NCBI GenBank assembly: GCA_051439505.1
Contig: JBFRWI010000041.1
Span: 1 to 33,625, forward strand
DNA from: Hormoscilla sp.
GTDB lineage: Bacteria > Cyanobacteriota > Cyanobacteriia > Cyanobacteriales > Desertifilaceae
DNA: 33,625 nt
Direction of reading: 5' to 3'
Numbering within the stretch: the stretch's first letter is position 1; every line of letters starts with the position of its first letter. The position numbers and the translations under genes are program-made. Shown in pieces: positions 27,191 through 33,625 of the stretch. The notes beneath the pieces are model-generated. The model ran no database searches, was not told the DNA's origin, and saw only the letters and a program-made list of their open reading frames with translations.

Positions 27191-27955
27191 ATGAATTATT
27201 CTCAACTGCAACGGTTGGTTGTTGTACAAACGCAATTACAAGACGATCGGGTTTGCTTGACTGACCAGCAACAGCATTATCTGGGGCGAGTCTTGCGCTT
27301 GCAGGCGGGCGATCGCTTGATAGCGATGAACGGACAGGGGACTTGGTGGCTGTGCGAACTTCTCACAACAGAAACTGCTAAGATTATAGAATCCATTCCC
27401 GTACAAACAGAGTTGCCAGTAGCAGTAACCCTGATGGCTGCCTTGCCCAAAGGTAACGGTTTTGATGATGTGGTGCGCTGCTGTACCGAGTTGGGAGTCA
27501 GTTCCATTATCCCAGTGGTGAGCGATCGCACTTTACTCAAACCCAGTTCCCAAAAGCTTACCCGCTGGCGGCGCATTGCTGCGGAAGCTGCCGAACAGTC
27601 TGAACGTCAGATCCTGCCCAGAATCTTAGAACCAGTGGCATTTACTACAGCATTGTCATCTTTCACTGCTGCTGCGTCAGAAAATAATCTTTTGACAAAA
27701 GAAAGAAAATATATTTGCGTGGCGCGGGGCGACTCTCCCCATTTATTGGATAGCTTGCAGGACCGTTCGCAAGAGAAAATTGTCATTGCTACGGGACCGG
27801 AAGGGGGATGGACTGAAGCAGAAGTTGTAAGGGCGATCGACTCTGGTTTCCAACCGGTGTCCTTGGGACGCCGTATCCTCAGAGCCGTTACAGCCCCGAT
27901 CGTGGCATTATCCATAGTAGCAGCCGCCTGGGAATCGAAACTTGAGAATTGTTAA
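27191..27955 (+). CDS. rsmE: 16S rRNA (uracil1498-N3)-methyltransferase
   Basis: HYLGRVLRL, TELGV, EAAEQSER, GPEGGW...E, VSLGRRILRAVTA (SPOUT RsmE motifs). Confidence 0.96.
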   Translation: MNYSQLQRLVVVQTQLQDDRVCLTDQQQHYLGRVLRLQAGDRLIAMNGQGTWWLCELLTTETAKIIESIPVQTELPVAVTLMAALPKGNGFDDVVRCCTELGVSSIIPVVSDRTLLKPSSQKLTRWRRIAAEAAEQSERQILPRILEPVAFTTALSSFTAAASENNLLTKERKYICVARGDSPHLLDSLQDRSQEKIVIATGPEGGWTEAEVVRAIDSGFQPVSLGRRILRAVTAPIVALSIVAAAWESKLENC

Positions 27956-28043
27956 TTGAGTAAGCGAATGTGTGGGTTGATTTACTCACCACCTGGGCGG
28001 GCTACAACTATATTAATGGAATATTACGACTCTCACCAGTCCC

Positions 28044-29186
28044 ATGATCGAACAAATTGCTGACGCCTTTAAGGGCCAAGACTATCGCACAGCAGCTAGT
28101 TTACTCAAAAAACTACTCAAGCAAGAGCCAGATAATCCCTGGGGGCGGCTTTATTTAGGACGCCTCTACGAACAAACTGGTAAGCGAGACTTGGCAGAAA
28201 ATATATATCGACATCTGCTGCGTAATGCTATTAATTCCAAGATTGCTGCCCAAGCCCGATCGGGCCTTCAGCGCCTGGAAACACGAGAAAAGCAACGGCT
28301 CAAACAGGCGATCGCCCAGGCCAATAGCCAGCCAGAAAATGCCAAAAGCGCAGTTTTAATAATCGAGCCCGTCACCGGAGAAAACAGGCGTCAAATCGCC
28401 CAAAAGTTTGCTAAGATAGTGGGACTAGATCCCTACACTGCCCAGATGCAGCTACCCAGCCGCCACTGGCGTCTCCATCGTACTGGACCCCTGGGAGAAC
28501 TGCAAGTTTACGGACAGGAATTGCGCGAAGCTGGCATTCCCACTTTCTGGGCATCCCTAGAAGAAATAGAGCAGATCCATGTCTTCACAGTCAACTACTT
28601 TCAGGCAATTTCTCCCCAGCCCACAGTTATCTGTGAAAATGAATCAGGTGAACTTGGGACGATCGGCTTCCACTGGTCAGAAGTAGCCCAACGGGTAGAA
28701 GGGCGCTTACCCATCTTTGAATCAGTCGTAGTTCTCGACGCCCGTGGCAGACAGCAACGCCAAGAACAAATTCAGGACTATGTCCAGGTTTGCGACCTGC
28801 ACCTCCCTAACAGACAATGTTTGCTACGCTTATGTAACATTAACTATCAGTTTGACGAAGACCTTGCACTCACAGCAGACGTGAGGCAAGAACTGAGTAA
28901 CCGCCTCAAGTGGAATAACTTAATCGATCTGCTAAACACCCAGTTAAGAGAGACTCCCGTTTGGTCTGACTTCACCAACTTTGGCGAGATGGCGCTCCAG
29001 CAAGCCAAAATACTTGTAGACCCCACAGAATTGCTAGGAGGAATTACTTCCCACATCTACATCTCTCGCAGGGCTGAAACAGACTGGGATCCTGCCTTCC
29101 AGTTATACAGCGGTCTGGTCTTTCTCAAATCCTTAAGCAAGCGTAGGGTGGGCACCGCCCACCGTCGGACACTACAACATCCTTAA
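28044..29186 (+). CDS. Tetratricopeptide repeat-containing protein
   Basis: N-terminal TPR (DY..A..LL..LLK.EPDNPW..LYLGRLYE..GK...AE.IY), then a cyanobacterial domain ending WDPAFQLYSGLVFL. Confidence 0.85.
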   Translation: MIEQIADAFKGQDYRTAASLLKKLLKQEPDNPWGRLYLGRLYEQTGKRDLAENIYRHLLRNAINSKIAAQARSGLQRLETREKQRLKQAIAQANSQPENAKSAVLIIEPVTGENRRQIAQKFAKIVGLDPYTAQMQLPSRHWRLHRTGPLGELQVYGQELREAGIPTFWASLEEIEQIHVFTVNYFQAISPQPTVICENESGELGTIGFHWSEVAQRVEGRLPIFESVVVLDARGRQQRQEQIQDYVQVCDLHLPNRQCLLRLCNINYQFDEDLALTADVRQELSNRLKWNNLIDLLNTQLRETPVWSDFTNFGEMALQQAKILVDPTELLGGITSHIYISRRAETDWDPAFQLYSGLVFLKSLSKRRVGTAHRRTLQHP

Positions 29187-29362
29187 GCAAGCGTAGGGTG
29201 GGCACCGCCCACCGTCGGAGAGTAGGCAGATCCTTGAGAGCAAATGAGCTGCCTTCCTCAGGAAACTAAAGAAATACTGACCACTGACCACTGACCACTG
29301 ACCACTGACCACTGACATGGTGGGCAGTGCCCACCCTACCCACTGACCACTGACCACCGACC
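29129..29362. repeat. Composite repeat: 50-bp tandem duplication with GTAG-REP, (ACTGACC)n array, inverted REP
   Basis: ATCCTTAAGCAAGCGTAGGGTGGGCACCGCCCACCGTCGGA at 29129 and 29179. ACTGACC x6 at 29276-29316. GGTGGGCAGTGCCCACCCTAC at 29319-29339. Three more heptamers at 29342-29362. Confidence 0.9.
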
Positions 29363-29364
29363 AG

Positions 29365-29889
29365 TTATTTTTTAGCTTTGGGTGCCTTGGGTGTTACCTT
29401 GGGTACCTTCACCTGACGTGCCATGGTCATAAACGAGTTCATGCTGGGACCCGGGCGTCGGCGTCCGACATTCAGAGAGTTAGCAGGGTTTAAATATGTC
29501 GGAGCAAAATTAACGATCTCCGGTTCGGGAGCTTTCGCCGCCGTAGACGCAGCAGCAGTTGGCTGAGCTTTGCCTTTCTTGGCTGCGGCTTTTTCAGCCT
29601 TGATCGCCTCCTGTTTAGCTTTCTTCGCCTGGAGAGCCTCTGCTTTGGCTTTCTTCGCCGCCTCTGCTTTGGCTTTCTTCGCTTCCGCTTTGGATACTGG
29701 AGCTGGTGGCGTTGCTGGGGTTGTTTCTGCTGGCGCTGGCGCTGCGGCGGCTACTGGTGCTGGCGCTGGTGCTGGCGCTGCTGATTCGGCTGGCTTACCC
29801 TGTGCGGCGTCGTCGAATTTAACAGAGAACTTAGTGTCTTTACCTGATTTGGCCTTTTTTCCACCCAACAGATTTTTCAATGGTCCCAT
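29365..29889 (-). CDS. Ala/Lys/Pro-rich hypothetical protein with a conserved-looking C-terminus
   Basis: PA-rich linker, KAEA repeats, C-terminal FAPTYL...RRRPGPSMNSFMTMARQVK; ATG 29889 preceded by AGGAG. Confidence 0.8.
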   Translation of the reverse strand: MGPLKNLLGGKKAKSGKDTKFSVKFDDAAQGKPAESAAPAPAPAPVAAAAPAPAETTPATPPAPVSKAEAKKAKAEAAKKAKAEALQAKKAKQEAIKAEKAAAKKGKAQPTAAASTAAKAPEPEIVNFAPTYLNPANSLNVGRRRPGPSMNSFMTMARQVKVPKVTPKAPKAKK

Positions 29890-30231
29890 ATTACAAATGC
29901 TCCTATGGCTGTTTTCTCATCGGTGTCGGTGACTGCCCGCAGATGCTGCGGTGGCAGACATCATCAATTATCAAGTGCCACCGGGGACACAGACAAGAAA
30001 AGTTGATAATTCTTTATAAAACTTTACTGCGATCTCATCAAGAGTACAAATACTCAGGTCTCGGGTTCCAGGCTTCATGGGTTGTTTGTAGTGAGGACTT
30101 CAGTCCTCAATGGTCGGACACCAGTTAGACTTAGATCTGGCGCTAGAGGCAGGATCCTCTGGAACCTCGTTCCCAGGTAGCTCCTGAGAACGAGGATATG
30201 AGATGACACGAGAAAAACGGTAAACTCTTCT

Positions 30232-30837
30232 ATGAAGCGCAATCGAGTGTTGCTGATCCACGGCATAGACGACACCGTAGTGGTCTTCGATACAATGTCT
30301 GCATACCTGAAGCAGCGGGGTTGGGATGTCTACAGTCTGGACTTGATTCCCTGTAATGGTGATTGTGGTCTGGACCTGTTGGCACAGCAAGTGGCTGATT
30401 ATGTGACGAAAACTTTCCGGCCAGATGAGCCTTTTGACTTGGTTGGCTTTAGCATGGGAGGAATTATCAGTCGCTACTACGTCCAGCGCCTGGGAGGACT
30501 CTCACGGGTACAGCGCTTTATTACTATATCTTCTCCCCATCATGGCAGTTGGTTGGGCTATGCACGCCAAAACCCAGGTTGCCAGCAGTTGCGTCCCGAT
30601 AGTGATTTTCTCCAAGATTTGAATCGAGATGCGGCTATGTTGGCAAGGTTAAATTTCACTTCCATCTGGACGCCTTTTGATTTGATGATCTTGCCAGCTA
30701 ATAGTTCCTCTATGCCAGTAGGTAAGGAATTAACAGTGCCGATCTTGGTTCATTCCTGGATGGTGAGAGACTCCCAGAGTTTAAAGTTGGTAGCCCAGGC
30801 GTTGATGGAACCTTTAAGGAATAAACATGAAGCGTAA
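30232..30837 (+). CDS. Small alpha/beta-hydrolase lipase/esterase (copy 1)
   Basis: VLLIHGI, LVGFSMGG nucleophile elbow, SSPHHGS, WTPFDLMI (Asp), VHSWM (His). Confidence 0.92.
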   Translation: MKRNRVLLIHGIDDTVVVFDTMSAYLKQRGWDVYSLDLIPCNGDCGLDLLAQQVADYVTKTFRPDEPFDLVGFSMGGIISRYYVQRLGGLSRVQRFITISSPHHGSWLGYARQNPGCQQLRPDSDFLQDLNRDAAMLARLNFTSIWTPFDLMILPANSSSMPVGKELTVPILVHSWMVRDSQSLKLVAQALMEPLRNKHEA

Positions 30838-31435
30838 TCGAGTATTGTTGATTCACGGGATATTTAGAAAATTGGGCGTGTTTAACAAAATGGCAGCCCA
30901 TCTCACCGGGCGGGGTTGGCAGGTCCACCGCTTTAATCTGCAACCGAATAATGCTACCTTGGGATTAGATGAGTTGGCCCTTCAGGTGGCCGATTATGTG
31001 GATAGCAACTTTCCCCCAGATGAGAAGATAGATTTGGTAGGTTTGAGCATGGGGGGTTTGGTGACGCGCTATTACATGCAGCGCTTGGGAGGGATCGATC
31101 GCGTGGAGCGTTATATTACAATATCAGCACCCCATCATGGCACTTGGATGGCCTACTTGCTGCCTTGTCGGGGCTGCGTGCAGATGCGTCCGTCAAGTAC
31201 ATTCTTGCAGGATCTGAATGGGGATGTTGAGGTTTTGCAGCAGGTTAATTTTACTTCGATTTGGACTCCCTATGATTTTATCATTGTCCCGGGAAGGAGT
31301 TCGCAAATGCCCGTGGGCAAAAATATCAAGCTGCCTGTATTTGCTCATGCTATGATGGTGAGAGATGCTCGGGCTCTGGAAGCTGTGGTAGAGGCCCTGG
31401 AAGCACCCTTACAGTTACCAGTTACCCGTTCGTAG
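30827..31435 (+). CDS. Small alpha/beta-hydrolase lipase/esterase (copy 2, tandem paralog)
   Basis: VLLIHGI, LVGLSMGG, SAPHHGT, WTPYDFII, AHAMM. Confidence 0.92.
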   Translation: MKRNRVLLIHGIFRKLGVFNKMAAHLTGRGWQVHRFNLQPNNATLGLDELALQVADYVDSNFPPDEKIDLVGLSMGGLVTRYYMQRLGGIDRVERYITISAPHHGTWMAYLLPCRGCVQMRPSSTFLQDLNGDVEVLQQVNFTSIWTPYDFIIVPGRSSQMPVGKNIKLPVFAHAMMVRDARALEAVVEALEAPLQLPVTRS

Positions 31436-31510
31436 TAAGGACTTTAGTCCTTCCCCGTTTGTAGTAAGGACTTCAGTCCTTCCCCGTTTGTAGTAAGGAC
31501 TTCAGTCCTT
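31432..31510 (+). repeat. Three tandem 29-bp GTAG-REP-like units (related single copy at 30088..30109)
   Basis: GTAGTAAGGACTT(T/C)AGTCCTT-CCCCGTTT at 31432, 31461 and 31490; GTAGTGAGGACTTCAGTCCTCA at 30088. Confidence 0.9.
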
Positions 31511-31595
31511 TTTCTGTGGTAATGGTTTCACTCTTTGGCCCAGAAACCAGGTATATGGGAAAGATATGGTTTCTTAATGATTGCATTTCGGACCT

Positions 31596-32213
31596 TCAAC
31601 CATAAAAAGCGGCCTTCAATGCAGCTGATGCTTCAGTTAGGGACTCTCGCCCTTGGGGAAATATTTTTGCCATACAGGTAAATGCGTGGATCGCGCCCTG
31701 ATAGCGACTAATCTTAACTGGCACGCCTGCTTGCCGAAGGCGATCGCCATAGGCTTCCGCTTCATCTCGCAGGGGGTCCAACTCAGCAGTGATTATCAAT
31801 GCGGGGGGCAAGTTACTCAGATCAACTGCATGCAAGGGAGAGGCATAAGGATTTTTTCCCTCAAGGGGTGTAGGTAGATAGTGATTCCAGAACCAAACCA
31901 TCACATCCTTAGTACAAAGATAATCCTTACCATACTTTCGATAGGACTCGGTATCAAAGCCATACTGGGTGACTGGGTCGAACAGCAGTTGATAGACTAG
32001 AGAGGGACCGCCCCGATCGCGTGCCATGAGAGTCACGACTGCCGCTAAATTACCCCCTGCGCTTTCTCCGCCCACACCGATGCGCGTGCGATCGCCCTTA
32101 ATTTCAGCAGCATTTTCCGCCACCCATTGAGTAGCAGCGTAAGCATCTTCTGGGGCAGCGGGAAACTTATGTTCTGGTGCCAGACGATAGTCCACAGATA
32201 CCACGATGCAGCA
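31596..32213 (-). pseudogene. 3' fragment of an HSL-family (alpha/beta hydrolase_3) esterase split by the IscB element
   Basis: Begins abruptly at [33 protein letters not shown] and GAIHAF are retained; the N-terminal HGGG region is missing and the iscB 3' end lies directly upstream. Confidence 0.85.
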
Positions 32214-32241
32214 TACTAAAAAACTGGTAATTTCCGGAAAA

Positions 32242-33507
32242 TTATCCCCATTTATACGAATATCCATCTCTTCTGAAGACAGGTTTTAGGTCTATTGGCT
32301 TGACTGACTTCTGGGTTTTGTCAGGTTTGGTCAACACAAAACTACCCCGACTTCTAGGAGTAATTCTACCTATCCCATGTACTTTATGCTTGGCAATATC
32401 ACCAGTTTGCCATCCCTTGATGGGTTTTAATGGATTGTGACGGATTGGATATCCGTACTTGTTAAGAGCAGCTTTTTGACGACCTCCACGCCCCTTACAA
32501 GTAATTAGTAGTGGTTGCGTAGTTGAGATTTTCAACCTGGGGGTACTTTTACCCACACAAGCTGCATCTAACCAATGAGTTTTAGGTAGCCCTTGAAGAA
32601 TCCGGTTGTATTTTGTTAAACCTCCCGTGCCAGTTTCAATAGTTAATCCAGTTTCCTTAAGGCGGTTAAACAATGCCCATCGGGTAGAATTGACTGCCGC
32701 TGCATCTTTTAGAGGGGCCTTTGCTTGCGCTAACAAGCGCTTCAAAACTTCAGGCTTCTTTTTTAAGAATTGCTCGACAGGTTTATTTGCTTTTTTCTGG
32801 TTGCATTTATGGCAAGCGATAGCCAGATTGCTGACTCTATCAGAGCCTCCCTTACTCTTAGGATAAATATGCTCGATTTCCAACGGGACATCTTTGGCCC
32901 CGCAGTAAGCGCATTGATGTCGCCATTTGGTCAAGAGGTACTCTCTCAACTCGTATCCAAACAAGACTCCCTGTTGGTACTCAACTCCCGATATCTCAGG
33001 GTTTTGCAGCTTTTGTGTGTCAAACCGTACTAGCTCCATTGAAATGTCTGTTATCGGGCAATACTTCCGCAAGCGCTTAACCCAGGTCATAGTCGTTTCT
33101 ACTCGATGTTGCAGGCTAGGAGCTAGCCATCCTGACGGTCGCCTTCTATTATCAAACCTAGCTTGGCGGTAACGGGTTTTACGATTGCGACGTCGGGCGC
33201 GAACAGTACGACGATCTGCTAACTTTTGCCGTATCATGTCCCCTCTATGGGTTAATTCAGCGGCCCAGACAACTGTACCCGTTCTGTCGTTAACCAGTGC
33301 AATTCCCGTTACCTTAGCCCCCGGGTCTAATTTAATCCGATGAGGTTCATTGGCAGGCTCTCCAACAGTTTTTCTAAGGATAATCGTAAACGGATAAGTC
33401 CTAAACACTGCGGCCTTTCCCTGCTTCAAAAGCTTTCTCGCTCTGGCCGGATGAGTTGGACTGAGCGGTTGCTTATTGGCATCTAAAACGAAGACACTAT
33501 TTTGCAT
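32242..33507 (-). CDS. iscB: RNA-guided endonuclease IscB (RRXRR + split RuvC + HNH)
   Basis: VFVLD...PLSPT (PLMP-like), IKLDPG.K.TG (RuvC-I), Arg-rich bridge helix [30 protein letters not shown] (RuvC-II), CAYC...[23 protein letters not shown] (HNH), HWLDAACVG (RuvC-III). Confidence 0.95.
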   Translation of the reverse strand: MQNSVFVLDANKQPLSPTHPARARKLLKQGKAAVFRTYPFTIILRKTVGEPANEPHRIKLDPGAKVTGIALVNDRTGTVVWAAELTHRGDMIRQKLADRRTVRARRRNRKTRYRQARFDNRRRPSGWLAPSLQHRVETTMTWVKRLRKYCPITDISMELVRFDTQKLQNPEISGVEYQQGVLFGYELREYLLTKWRHQCAYCGAKDVPLEIEHIYPKSKGGSDRVSNLAIACHKCNQKKANKPVEQFLKKKPEVLKRLLAQAKAPLKDAAAVNSTRWALFNRLKETGLTIETGTGGLTKYNRILQGLPKTHWLDAACVGKSTPRLKISTTQPLLITCKGRGGRQKAALNKYGYPIRHNPLKPIKGWQTGDIAKHKVHGIGRITPRSRGSFVLTKPDKTQKSVKPIDLKPVFRRDGYSYKWG

Positions 33508-33625
33508 TTAAGCAACTCCCTAAAAAGGGGTAAAGTTTGCCTCGGTCATGTTAAGAGAGCTTTTTACATCTAACTCACGCGGTCCTATAAAATCCATTCG
33601 TTCCGTTCCTTAAAGCTAGACGATA
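33508..33625 (-). ncRNA. 3' part of the omegaRNA (HEARO-type) upstream of iscB; truncated by the window edge
   Basis: Minus strand TCTAGCTT...GAGTTAGA stem, then AAAAAGCTCTCTTAACATGACCGAGGCAAACTTTACCCC-TTTTTAGGGAG just before the iscB ATG, the usual position and 3' motif of IscB omegaRNAs. Confidence 0.82.

Larger units (their letters stand above)
32214..33625 (-). mobile_element. IS200/IS605-superfamily ISC (IscB) element; omegaRNA-side end lies outside the window
   Basis: omegaRNA + iscB + subterminal palindrome GGTAATTTCCGGAAAATTATCC (32226-32247), abutting the truncated esterase. Junction uncertain within about 32211-32216; no tnpA in the window. Confidence 0.82.

Noticed and set aside
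30165..30195. Hairpin CCTCGTTCCCAGG...CCTGAGAACGAGG as a lipase-specific regulatory element
   Set aside because: A half copy (CTCGTTCCCAG) also occurs at 22377, so it is more likely another dispersed palindromic repeat.
31432..31510. 29-bp palindromic repeats as a CRISPR array
   Set aside because: The intervening sequence is identical and only 8 bp, there are no unique spacers and no cas genes; a GTAG-REP tandem fits better.
1181..32095. Frequent GCGATCGC octamers as a novel repeat
   Set aside because: This is the well-known cyanobacterial HIP1; used only as a taxonomic clue.

Overview
This is a cyanobacterial chromosomal window: HIP1 octamer GCGATCGC throughout, ndhL, a HetZ-related gene and tRNA-Leu(UAA) with a group I intron. 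The heptamer arrays and REP-like repeats suggest a filamentous, Oscillatoriales-type organism (inference). Core genes are clpP, ndk, speA, cugP-like, scpA, lapA-like, Sua5/YrdC, larC, ndhL-DUF3007-trpA, tRNA-Arg(CCG), a HAMP/PAS histidine kinase and rsmE. Accessory content includes (1) an SdrD-B-repeat surface protein cut by the left edge, (2) a translationally coupled cNMP + cNMP-TerB-Mo-nitro_C pair, and (3) a ~6.5 kb block between trpA and tRNA-Arg. That block holds a papain-fold toxin/immunity pair, a DUF4347/FG-GAP/Calx-beta adhesin, an HTH gene preceded by phased 10-bp boxes, and a DUF5678 + aspartyl protease pair. Two tandem lipases follow. At the right edge an apparently intact IscB/omegaRNA (OMEGA, IS200/IS605-type) element has inserted into and split an HSL-family esterase gene. 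Intergenic DNA carries several REP-like/MITE-like families and at least seven different heptamer arrays. All family assignments come from motif recognition by eye; no database search was run.
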